Shown here one piece after another: positions 36,477 through 47,039 of a stretch of DNA of 64,000 bases. Both the position numbers and the translations under genes were made by a program. The stretch is from Basidiobolus meristosporus CBS 931.73. Taxonomy: Eukaryota; Fungi; Basidiobolomycota. The stretch covers positions 1-64,000 of the forward strand of contig MCFE01000457.1 in NCBI GenBank assembly GCA_002104905.1. Direction: 5' to 3'. Positions within the stretch are counted from its first letter, which is position 1, and the number at the start of each line of letters is the position of its first letter. The notes below the pieces were generated by a model. The model was given only the letters and a program-made list of their open reading frames with translations, had not been told where the DNA came from and searched no databases.

Positions 36477-37432
36477 TGAGCTATTACCAGTAAGACTGGA
36501 TTTCAAACTGGTTAATTCCAGTGTGTGTGAAGCAAGTGAACTTAGCAAGACACAGCTCTGTAGAGCACTTAGAAAAGGAACCCAGATGTTCCTCATGGTG
36601 GTATCACAAGATGATTCCTCTACTGCAGTACCCCAGAAGGTCCAGGCTCTTTTAGAGGAATATTCAGACATATTTCCAGATGAACCTGTAGGCCTACCAC
36701 CAGTTAGAGATGTTGATCATGCCATTGACACAGGAGATAGCCCTTTATTGAGTAAGACACCTTACAGAATGAGTCCATTGGAATTGGAAGAAATGAAGAG
36801 ACAAATAGATCAGTTATTGGAGTAAGGATATATCAGACCCATCAAGTCACCATGGGGAGCACCAGTATGTTTTGTGAATTAGAAGAATGGAATACTTAGG
36901 ATGTGCATTGACTACAGAGCCCTCAACACAGTTACCATGAAGAATAAGTACCCCATACCTTGGGTTGATGAACTTCTAGACCAACTCAACAGAGCCACTG
37001 TGGTGGTGTATAGGTCCAATGGAGAGATATGTCCAACACTTCTCAAGTGTTTTGTGTGTGGGGTATTCACTGGGTGCAATAGCCTCTGGCAAAAGCTTGC
37101 TAGGAATACTTGGGTTCTGTCTCTAATCTAATGGTATGGGGAATAAAGCTACAAGCTTGTCAAGGGAAAGCTATTGAGCTACAATCCCCAACTTGGTTGG
37201 CTTCTTAACAAAAGTATGTGCTGGGTTCAGCGTCCTTTGAGTTGACTATAGACTTGTTCCGTTGGATAGTGCCGCATAGTGCCAGCCTGTTTATAGTGCC
37301 GGATTGATCCGGCACCCTACGGCACTATCTGGCACTATAATTTCTACCATGATGCCAGTGGTATGATACAGTTACTGGTAATTTTACTCAATCTTACTTA
37401 TGTTGCTCAGAATAGTGCTTTCCTTGCTTTAT

Positions 37433-38317
37433 TTACTCTTCATAATGCTCCAGACACATTTCTCTCAGTGGATGTCTTCTTGTATGAACGTACTGTGCAT
37501 TAATAAGTATCTTAACTATTTTACCTATTCTGCTGTTTTCTCCTATATATGACTTTCCTCTGTATTTACCTGCCAATATGCTGAATCTCTTCAGATATCC
37601 AAATGTGTGCTCTACCCTTACTCTGAAATGATTAAATATCTCATTGTAGAGCTTCTGCTTCCTGCTAAGTACACCATTCCTTGGCTTCCTATAAGCCGTA
37701 ATACATCCTAATCTCTGACAATCCTCTCCTATATAAGCTAAGTCTGCCATACATTTCTCCCCTCTACTGAATTCAGGATGATTCTCTACCCAGAGTGCTT
37801 TGTCATGCCTACTTCCAGCAAATGGCCCACTAAACCAGATGATGTTACCCTCAATGTCAGACAGTGCTTGAAACTTCACACAGTGTGCCTTGTACTTGCC
37901 AGAATAAAAGTGTCTCTGCCCTCTAGAAGGTCTGTTAATCCTCACTGGGAAGGTATCCAAAATACTCCTGATATGGAACCTGTTGCTGAACACTCTGGGA
38001 TATGGAAGTCTATTGGAGCTTCTGAACCTAGTATTCCAAGCTTGCTCTAAGTCATTCATACCCTCTGCAAGGTGGTTCTCCATTGCTGTCAGCTGGGAAT
38101 GAAAGCTTCTAGGACTTTTGTTGCCATGGATGGTGGGATGAAACCTTGTAGGGCAATAGTTCTTGTAATAGCAGAGAAGCTTGACAAGAGATCTCCTTGA
38201 GTAGATTGGGGTTGATGGTCCACAGTACTTGGAATAGATCTCCTCTAGTGTGTCAAAAGGAAATCCAGTGGTAGTGATGGGATTGATAAGAAAAGACCAT
38301 TCAGATGAGTAAGTCAT
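37433..38317 (-). CDS. DDE transposase, DDE_Tnp_4 (Harbinger/IS5-like), 294 aa, intact
   Basis: Catalytic triad ILDTFP, MADLAY and RVEHTFGYLKRF; also FYSGKYKAHCVKFQ and GPFAGSRHD. No stops or frameshifts. Confidence 0.92.
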   Translation of the reverse strand: MTYSSEWSFLINPITTTGFPFDTLEEIYSKYCGPSTPIYSRRSLVKLLCYYKNYCPTRFHPTIHGNKSPRSFHSQLTAMENHLAEGMNDLEQAWNTRFRSSNRLPYPRVFSNRFHIRSILDTFPVRINRPSRGQRHFYSGKYKAHCVKFQALSDIEGNIIWFSGPFAGSRHDKALWVENHPEFSRGEKCMADLAYIGEDCQRLGCITAYRKPRNGVLSRKQKLYNEIFNHFRVRVEHTFGYLKRFSILAGKYRGKSYIGENSRIGKIVKILINAQYVHTRRHPLREMCLEHYEE

Positions 38318-38676
38318 ATTAAAATTGGTAGATGATCGTATAAAGGCGGTTTGAATTGATTTGGCGCGATCCGCCTTATTTATCTGATTTTTAATACATT
38401 ATGGTTAAATCTCCATCAATTGCCACGTATCGCATCATTATGTCGCAAAAATCATCCGCAAACAATGCCTTGATACTTTTATTGATGCTTTAATCATAGG
38501 TCTATAATCAAATAGGAAATCTGCGATTGATGTGATCTGATCCGTGTCAACGCAATCCGAGATGCATCATGCATAATATATGGAGATTTCAACAATCACA
38601 TTAGTTTTCATATATATTTCATATAAGACCAGGTTGATGTCAATATACTGCTGTATAAGTATCCAAATCCGTTGCT
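38318..38676. promoter_or_regulatory. Putative bidirectional promoter of the Harbinger element
   Basis: Lies between the two head-to-head ATGs. About 13 CpGs in ~260 bp, against 2 in the adjacent 885-bp ORF; ApT-dense. Confidence 0.6.
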
Positions 38677-39924
38677 ATGGTCCCCATACCAAGCCTCAAC
38701 TCATCTTTAGTACAACCCAGACAAAACCCATCCCCCAGCTCACAAGCGCGGTCCGGACCGGAAAAGTCAATGTTGGATCCGTTCAAATTCTCGCCAAATG
38801 ATTTTAGTATGGCCCAAGTGTCTATGATGAGCCTTCATACAGATATTTGGGCACTACTGATTAATCTAGCAGAACTAGATACCTCAGAGAGTCGACAAAG
38901 ATGGAAGAATTTGAGTAGAAAGCTGTGGCATGAGTTCTACATCAAGATGCCAGCCAATGTATGTAAAAAGATATATAACAAGACAAGTATTGAAATCAAG
39001 AATGAGCTGAGAGTGAGGGGATTTGACGAAGAAGCCGCGCGGGAGCAATTTCGCGCGCAATTTGCACAGTACAGGCCGGACGCGTCCGTTCGTGCCTCAA
39101 CTTTGGGAATCAAAGAGATTTTGAATGAGTTTTTGCCTCAAATGACTAATGTACTACGTGATATATTAGTAGAGCTAAGTGGCTTCCAAAAGCAATATAC
39201 ACAGGACTCATCCAGGCAACAGCTCCAAAGTATCAGACAGAGGGTAAGTGAATACCTTGAGGAATCAGATGGTGAGCTTCAGGAGGAAGAATACAGACCG
39301 CGAGCAACATCATCCAGATTGCGCCAGCACGCCTCGCTGGATTCCCTACCATCTCTTGCAACCACAGCGCGCCGGCGCACATCAGTCCAGAGTACGCCAA
39401 CACCCTTTACCGGAACGCCCCACCTCGAGTCAACGCGTGTTGGGTCAACGCGCGCGCTTCAGAGCAAAACTACAAGAACTCGCCAAACTGCTCATTTAGA
39501 CACAAGTCCATTGGAGCGGACCAAGTCGCGTCAACTTGCAGCATCACATCGAACTCAGCCAAGGGCCATCTCAACGCGTCAAGGAGCGCCTGCGCGTGCT
39601 GTTTTGCCTGACCATCAGCAAGTTACTTCTGGTGAACTGACTGATGATGACCAACATGAAGTGCCTCAACCACCAGAGCCCTTGGCAAGTAAAAGAACAC
39701 GTCAGCGCGTGGCACTAAAGGCCGGTTCAGTTGGTTCAGTTGGAGTGATTCAGCGCGGCCAAGCTGCAGCATTGCACTCATCAACTAGGAGGCAAAATAC
39801 TGACTACGAATACACAAGTAGCCAAGATGATAGTCAGCCAGGAAGTAGTATAGGTGTGCAAAGTGAGTCACTACCAAATGCTTCAGTAGTAATCCCTATG
39901 AGAAAAAAACCCAGGAGAAGATGA
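38677..39924 (+). CDS. Harbinger partner protein, 415 aa: trihelix/Myb-SANT-like domain, coiled coil, long disordered tail, C-terminal NLS
   Basis: IWALLINL...RWKNLSRKLWHEFYIKMPANVCKKIYNK resembles the trihelix W..IS..L......CK.KW..L pattern; ends RKKPRRR. The ORF is intact and lies inside the TIRs. Confidence 0.75.
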   Translation: MVPIPSLNSSLVQPRQNPSPSSQARSGPEKSMLDPFKFSPNDFSMAQVSMMSLHTDIWALLINLAELDTSESRQRWKNLSRKLWHEFYIKMPANVCKKIYNKTSIEIKNELRVRGFDEEAAREQFRAQFAQYRPDASVRASTLGIKEILNEFLPQMTNVLRDILVELSGFQKQYTQDSSRQQLQSIRQRVSEYLEESDGELQEEEYRPRATSSRLRQHASLDSLPSLATTARRRTSVQSTPTPFTGTPHLESTRVGSTRALQSKTTRTRQTAHLDTSPLERTKSRQLAASHRTQPRAISTRQGAPARAVLPDHQQVTSGELTDDDQHEVPQPPEPLASKRTRQRVALKAGSVGSVGVIQRGQAAALHSSTRRQNTDYEYTSSQDDSQPGSSIGVQSESLPNASVVIPMRKKPRRR

Positions 39925-42900
39925 TGCGATCGCTTTGAATCGCTCACATTTGTAATGATCCCAACAACCCTTTTTTTTTGCGATCAGAATCGAGCCGGCG
40001 CAAATCAGTGATCATCAAATTTTTGATATAAGTAATATCAAGGTCGTCTCACATTTGAGACAGAACCCCTATAAATAAACACCCTGCATATATATACGTC
40101 ATCTGTAATACCAGTGCAGCTATTGGATCTGTTTCACACCTACACAATTGCTCGCGTGCTGGCTATGACACCTTGTCCAATCACTAGGATCAGGGATTTA
40201 CTTGCTCAATGAGCAAAATGGGATATTTGATGGCGAATCAGGTAGCTTTTTTGGTAGTCAATGAGCCAATTGGGGGCTGCCAGCTTCAGGATACTTTTGG
40301 ACCAATTAACCACTGAGATACCGTCCAATTGGAGTGAGGGTAACCAAAATGGTAAGTATTAGTGTAGTTTATAGTGTGATACACATTTATTTCCATTTGC
40401 ATTAAAGAAACATATCCAAATACCGGATTTTACCTGCCATAATAGCAGTATCCGATCGCGCACGTGATGCAAACATTACGAGTTGGCGCAATCATCCGTT
40501 CCAACCTCATTGTGTCAGATTGTGCCATAGTGTGCAAGATCGTCCCACATAGTGCAAAATCGTCCAAGAACAATCCTTCCTTCTGGTAGCTATAATATCG
40601 CGCCTGATCGTTCTTTGCAACCGCGGATCGCGCCGCACGCCCTGGCACGGTACGATGGAACAAGTCTTATGTACTAAAGCTTCCAAAGTCAAAACAACTG
40701 TAAACTCCACCAGCAGGGACTTGATATGAATGCAGCTGTGGTCAATAGTTACAAAGACAGAAAAGTATCTTTGCCTGTACAAGAACAAACTTGAGAAAGA
40801 ATCAAATATAATAAAAGATACCTACTCTGAGTATTCCTCACAAGTGGTGCCTCCAAGGTTGGTTGGCTGTCAGCATGGTTTCCTGGAAGTGTCCCGTGGT
40901 CTGGGGGTGGAAGTTTAGGTAGCAGCAGGTAGCAGTGATCACACCAATCAATAAGTTGGTATATTGATAAAAGGGATGATGATTTATTGTTGAGGGATTG
41001 CCCCCCATAAATACTTTCTTACTGGCTAAGTGATTACTAATCATGGTGTTCCAGAAGGTTCTGGATATCAATAGAAATCTTAATGACATCAGAATGACCT
41101 AAGAATGTTCTAAGTAGGTGCTGGAAGGTTCTAGGAGGCACAGCACATCCAACCATTCAGGAGTCAGTATTCTGAAACCTGTGTAACCCAGGGATACCAT
41201 ATATGGTATGGAAATGGTAGGGATGGTGATATGGGCTGATCATGTGTTACTGGTACTGGCGCAGGCACTTGCGTAATATAGAAGTACATACTGCTAGTAA
41301 TCTTACATAAAGTAGGGGATAACTTATGCAATAAGGTAAGCAGGTGTGATAGTCAACCAGCTTATAGGATAGTACTGATCAGTTAAGACAAATGGGATAA
41401 AAATGAAATACAGGTAGTAGAGAAGTAAGGAAGTAGAAAATATAGGAGTGAGCACATCTGTCAGTGAGTGTCACTGTGACCCCACTACACCGCTATATTC
41501 TGCAAGATTGACCTCATGTCAGGATACAACCAGATTAGGGTGAAGCCCAAAGACATCCCTAAGACAGCATTCAGGACCAGATATGGATGTTACAAGAACT
41601 TAGTCATGAGTTTTGGCCTCACGAATGTCCCTGCAACATTCATGACCCTGATGCAGACTGTCTTCCAGGAGTACTCAGAAAGGTTTGTGATAATCTACCT
41701 AGATGACATATTGATATACAACAAGACAGAAGAGGATCAAATGGTGCATATTGAAGAGGTCTTGAAGAAGCTAAGTGAGAACAAGCTATAGGGCAAGCTA
41801 GCCAAGTGTGAATTCTTCAAGGAACATGTTGGATATCTGGGACACATAGTGACTAGCACAGGAGTGACCTTAGACCCTAAGAAGATTGAAGTTATCAAGA
41901 ATCTGAAGCAGCCCCATTGCATACCAGAGCACAGATCATTCCTTGGAATGGTTTCCTATTATTGGACATTTGTCAAGTCCTTTGCAAGTATTGCAGCCCC
42001 TTTGACTGACATCCTCAAGAACAACAATACCTACAAGTGAGACATAGCTTGTGAGACTGCCTTTCAGATGCTAAAGAATGAGCTTGCTAAGCTGCCAAGC
42101 TTAAGAATACCTGACTTCAGAAAAGAGTTTACTCTGTGCACAGGGTGTTGAGCCAAGAACACAAGGGAAAGGACTACCCAGTTGCCTTTGAATCCAAGAA
42201 ACTAAACTCAGCAGAACAAAACTATCCAGTGCATGAGAACAAGATGCTTGCTATAATACACTGCTTGAAGACATGGAGATGCAACATTGAAGGAGTCCAA
42301 TGCACCATGAAGATTGATCATGCCTCCCTCATATATATATATTTACTCAGAAGGTATTCTCTAGAAGAATGACAAGATGGAGTGAATACATTCAGCAATT
42401 TGATTGGGAAATTTTCTACTGCCCTGGGAAAAACAACATGGTTGCTGATGCCTTATCAAGATTAGAACAAGTTGCACAACTCAGCTGGGTGCATGAATCA
42501 GACTGGCCTAGCCTATTACCAAGGCACTTGGAGGATCATGCTATTCCTGATGGGGTAGATGAGGAGATCAAGAATATAATCCAGGATGAAGCCAGCAAAT
42601 TTGTGGTGCAGGATGAGACACTCTACCAAATTGTTGATGGAAGCCCTATTGCCTATTACCCTTATGTTGCTTGCATGAATTTAACAAATAAGCTACACAA
42701 TAGATGTGGACATCTTGGAATTGAAGGAACCTATAGCCTTGTGAAAGCCAGAGCATGTAGGCCCAGAATGAAACAAGACCTTGAAAAAGTTAATGAAATA
42801 TGCCCAAATTGCCAAATTAACCAAGACCAACCATAGAGAATTGCTGAACTCTTTCCCTTAGAGCCTGCAAGACCATTTGAAAGATGGTAAATTGACTTTA

Positions 42901-44199
42901 TTGGAAGACTGCAAACTACCAGAAAATGCAACCATTGAATCCTGGCAGCAATTGGCCATGCCACCAAGTGACCAGTGGCTAAAGCAGTACCTGTAGCCAG
43001 TGAACAAGAAGTTGCAAGTTTCATCTACCATAAGATCCTTATGAAGCTTGGATGCCCTGTAGAGATTCTATCCAACAAAGGAGCAAACTTTATGGCAAAG
43101 ATATTGCAAGTTTACCTGAAAATGCAGCACATCAGACACTTGAAAACCTTGGCATGTGACCCTAGAACTAATGGAGTAACTAAGCAATTTAATAGGCTAA
43201 TTGGAAATATGCTGACCAAGTATGCAAGTGGAGCTGTCAGTAGATGGGATGAGTATATAGACAAAGCACTCTTTGCATGCAGAGATAGAGTGCACAACAC
43301 AACCCAACAATTGCCACTTTACTTAGTGTATGGATGTGAACCAGGATTCCAAGAGTTCTCACACAACCAAAGCTTACAGATGCCTTATAAGATGAACTCA
43401 GTCAGCCAAGTAAACACCAGCAGCTGGAACAAAGACATCAAGAGGCACAGGCCAAAGTATGTCAAAGTGCAGAAAAGACAAAGCAGAGATTTGGTAAGAT
43501 TATATCACCAGAATCATTGACAGTAAGGAACTTTGTATTGCTGAGAAACAATGATTGGAAGAAGTTTGAGCCACAATTGACAGGACCTTTTAAAATCATC
43601 AGAGAATGTCCATTTGCAACTTACCAACTAGTGGACAAACTAGGGAATATCTAGGAAGATTTAGCTCATAGAGACAGACTCAAGCTTGAAAGACTTGCTG
43701 ACAATCCTGAACCATCAAGATATTGAAATCACAAGCAAAGAGATTTAGGAGAACCCTCAACTTTAGTAGGGGAGAATGTGATGGTCTACTGCTTGAATGT
43801 TGAAGCTAAAACAGTTTTCAGTTAAATCAATTAGCCTGTCAGTATATCATTGTTATCTATCAAATCAGTAGCATTTGTCAGCACATGAAACAGCAGATCC
43901 TTATCAGACAAAATAAATATTAAGTAGGATCTTATTGGGTGATGATGATGTAATCAAATGAGTCATCAGCCTCAGCCTACATTAGGAAATACAATTAGTC
44001 AGCAATTGATCTGGCAAAATATATATAAGGAGCTGCTGGAACCTCAATTAATATCAGTTCAAGCTTTAGTGAGTACAATACTAGCTAAACACCCTATTCC
44101 TCTACAGCTCTCATACCAAGGCTTGTAACAAGGTAATATTAGCTAACATTGTACACCAACACAAATGAATATGTGGATTCATGAAATTCATGTAAAAGA

Positions 44200-44940
44200 A
44201 GTGAGAGTCAAGAGATACATGGGCTTTTCAATCTAAACTCTCCTCAAATGCATTGTCAATACTCTTGATCTACTTCTGACTTTTGCCATTGTATACACTA
44301 TGCCCTATAATATCTACATAATACCTCAGAAAGATCCCTTTTTGTTTTTGGTTGCAACTCTGAAGATTTTCTCTCAGTGAAGTGATAAAGAAAATGACAA
44401 CCAATGTTCTCAAAATGTGTGAAGTATGTGAAGCAGTGGTCTACTGAAGTATACCAGAGATTGAGGTGAAATTTGCATACACCTTTAGAACAGTACTCTC
44501 CTAATTTGTCACTTTGAAATACCTTCAGTTTACACTCTGTTTATGCTTCTGCAATACTTTTGAGGAGCTTGAATATCTCTAAAGCCACATCCTTTGTCTT
44601 TAGGAAGTATATCCATGTATGCCTAGTCTTGTCATTAATAGAAATTATTATATATCTCTTGACTTTAAAGAACAGTGTTATTAGGGGTCTTCATATGCCA
44701 GAGTGCACAATAGCCAATGTTTTGTGGGGTTGGCACCTCCTGTGCTTCTCAAACATTGCCTATGTTATTTGCATATGAGCATCCCTTACAGACACTCAAT
44801 TTGATCATTATTGAGTAACTAAAGCCTAAGACATGCTGATGTTGCACCAAATGACTAATTTTCTACTCCCTAGTGAGTTAAGCCTCCTATACCATATCTC
44901 CAAGTTAGATTCATCAGCCTCAGCAATGTAAACATACATA
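44200..44940 (-). pseudogene. Copia family 2: GAG-pre-integrase and integrase remnant
   Basis: EIWYRRLNSLG, LAIVHSGI*RP, RYIIISINDKTRHTWIYFLKTK, KLKVFQSDKLGEY. Confidence 0.75.
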
Positions 44941-44948
44941 GGCACAAT

Positions 44949-46732
44949 GGATTTGTTCTTTTGGATAGTGCTGCATTGAGCCATGCATGCTAAATGATGC
45001 CATAGTGTGACAGGGAGGCCAAGTGGACCTATACCTGGCCACAGAGTGTGAAACTTAGTTGTTCATCTTCATGCAAAGTGGCCCCTGTGTTTCACCCACT
45101 ATGCAGGAGAAAACCCATATTTTTACCTTTTTTTTGGGATCAATGCTGTGCAGGATGTGTTGGAGCAGAGAAGGACTGGAGATATATATCTGATACTCAA
45201 TATTCATGGCACTCTTAATCTAGCTCCTGCAGCTTGTAACATGTCACAAATTTGTATGGCACTATCTTGGTCCACTAGCACTATCTGACACTATATATAA
45301 ATAATAAGCCTAAGGTATGACCTATACAAAGCACTTACCTTTGTGGTGCGTATAGGTCCAAGGGAGTGATATGTCCAACACTTCTCAAGTGTTTTGGGTG
45401 TGGGGTGTTCACTGGGTGCAATAACCTCTGGTAAAAGCTTGCTAGGAATACTTAGGTTCTGTCTCTAATCTAATGTGAAGGGGAATAAAGCCACAAGCTT
45501 GTCAAGGTAAAACTATTGAGTTACAATCCCCAACTTAGTTGGGGTCATAACAAAAGTATGTGCTGGGTTCAGCATCCTTTGAGTTGACAATGTACTAAAG
45601 CTTCCAAAGTCAAAACAACTGTAAACTCCACCAGCAGGGACTTGATATGAATGCAGCTGTGGTCAATAGTTACAAAAACAGAAAAGTATCTTTGCCTGTA
45701 CAAGAACAAACTTGAGAAAGAATCAAATATAATAAAAGATACCTACTCTGAGTATTCCTCACAAGTAGTGCCTCCAAGGTCAGTTGGCTGTCAGCATGGT
45801 TTCCTGGGAGTGTCCTGTGGTCTGGGGTTGGAAGTTCAGGTAGCAGCAGGTAGCAGTGATCACACTAATCAGCAAGTTGGTATATTGATAAAAGGGATGA
45901 TGATATATTGTTGAGGGATAGCCTCCCTTATATACTTTTCTTACTGGCTAAGTGATTACTAATCATGATGTTCCAGAAGGTTCCGGACATCAATAGAAAT
46001 CTTAATGACATCAGAATGACCTAAGAATGTGCTAAGTAGGTGCTGGAAGGTTCTAGGAGGCACAGCACATCCAACCAATCAGGAGTCAGTATTCTGAAAC
46101 CTGTGTAACCCAGGGATACCATATGTGGTATGGAAATGGTAGGGATGGTGACTCAGGTTGATCAAGTGTCACGGGTACTGGCGCGGGTACTTGCCTAATA
46201 TAGAAGCACTCATAGCTATTAATCTACATAAAGTGAGGGGTAACTTATGCAATAAGGTAAGCAGGTGTGATAGTCAACCGGCTTATGGGATAGTACTGAT
46301 TGGGTAAGACAAATGGAATAAAACTAAAATAAATATAGTAGAGGTATAGGGAAGTAGAAAATGAGGGAATGAGCACATCTGTCAGTGGGTGTCCCTGTCA
46401 CCCCACTACACCATGCCAGATAGTGCTACACATTTTTGTGTCATGTTACAAGCTGCAGGAGCTAGATTAAGAGTGCCATGAGTTTTGAGTACCAGGTATA
46501 TATCTCCAGTCTTTCTCTGTGCTAATACATCCTGGACAACATTGATTGCAAAAAAAAGGTCAAAATGAATTTTCCCCAGAACAACAGGTGAAGCATATGG
46601 GCTGCATTGCATAAACATGATGAACTATGTTTCACACTCTGTGGCCAAATCTAAGTCTGCTATACTTCTCTGGTACAAAATGGTACCATCTGGCACCTAT
46701 GTTTGATGTGGCACTTCCAATAGAACAAGTTT
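44949..46732. mobile_element. Fold-back non-autonomous Harbinger derivative (MITE2, ~710 bp without its nested LTR)
   Basis: Ends GGATTTGTTCTTTTGGATAGTGCTGC / GTGGCACTTCCAATAGAACAAGTTT match the autonomous left TIR and subterminus; TSD AAT on both sides. Arms 44949-45270 and 46411-46732 are inverted copies. Confidence 0.82.
45342..46410. mobile_element. Solo LTR family B, copy 2 (1069 bp)
   Basis: TGTGGTG...CCACTACA; near-TSD CCTT/CCAT; colinear with 36999-37249 plus 40671-41489. Confidence 0.87.
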
Positions 46733-47039
46733 AATGATCATGCATTGTAACTTGTATATATTTTGAACTCTGACTCCCAAAGCCAATTTTTGATCATTTT
46801 TACTCAAATGAAGTAGCTCAGCTCAGTACAGACAAATTTCGCTTCCTGAGTAGTTGCTTTACTCACTCAGAGTGGGTTTCTAGCTACTCCAGGTACATTG
46901 GGCTAATCAATTGGTTTGCTCTCTTTGCCCCTGAGTTGTCACTCTAGTTTGGCTGCAGAGACTCACAGGTAGAAGCTTCTGGTGCAGAGTTGTCTCCCAG
47001 ATAAGCCTTTGTTCCAGGAGTGGTCTTTAAGTTGCTAGA

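Larger units (their letters stand above)
37250..40667. mobile_element. Complete autonomous-type PIF/Harbinger (ISL2EU-like) DNA transposon, 3418 bp
   Basis: Perfect 11-bp TIRs AGACTTGTTCC / GGAACAAGTCT; TSD TAT (37247-49, 40668-70). The empty site is visible in LTR-B copy 2 (45581-45600). Two intact divergent ORFs; ATAGTGCC/GGCACTAT subterminal motifs. Confidence 0.93.
36999..41489. mobile_element. Solo LTR family B (1.07 kb), copy 1, split by the Harbinger element
   Basis: Ends TGTGGTGG...CCACTACA; near-TSD CCAC/CCGC. Interrupts RT at QLNRAT|IFCKIDL. Colinear with 45342-46410. Confidence 0.85.
34592..44130 (+). mobile_element. Ty3/gypsy family A, element 1 (5' LTR 34592-34952, first ~7 bp missing; gag-PR-RT-RH-IN; 3' LTR 43777-44130); inactivated and interrupted by nested insertions
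   Basis: CCHC knuckle CFNCHQKGHIAKYC, MIDSGA protease, [44 protein letters not shown] integrase, PPT AGTAGGGGAGAA. No chromodomain. Confidence 0.93.

Noticed and set aside
40730-40918. Small ORF MQLWSIVTK... recurring at 45651
   Set aside because: It recurs only because both sites are LTR-B copies; the stop positions differ and there is no domain similarity.
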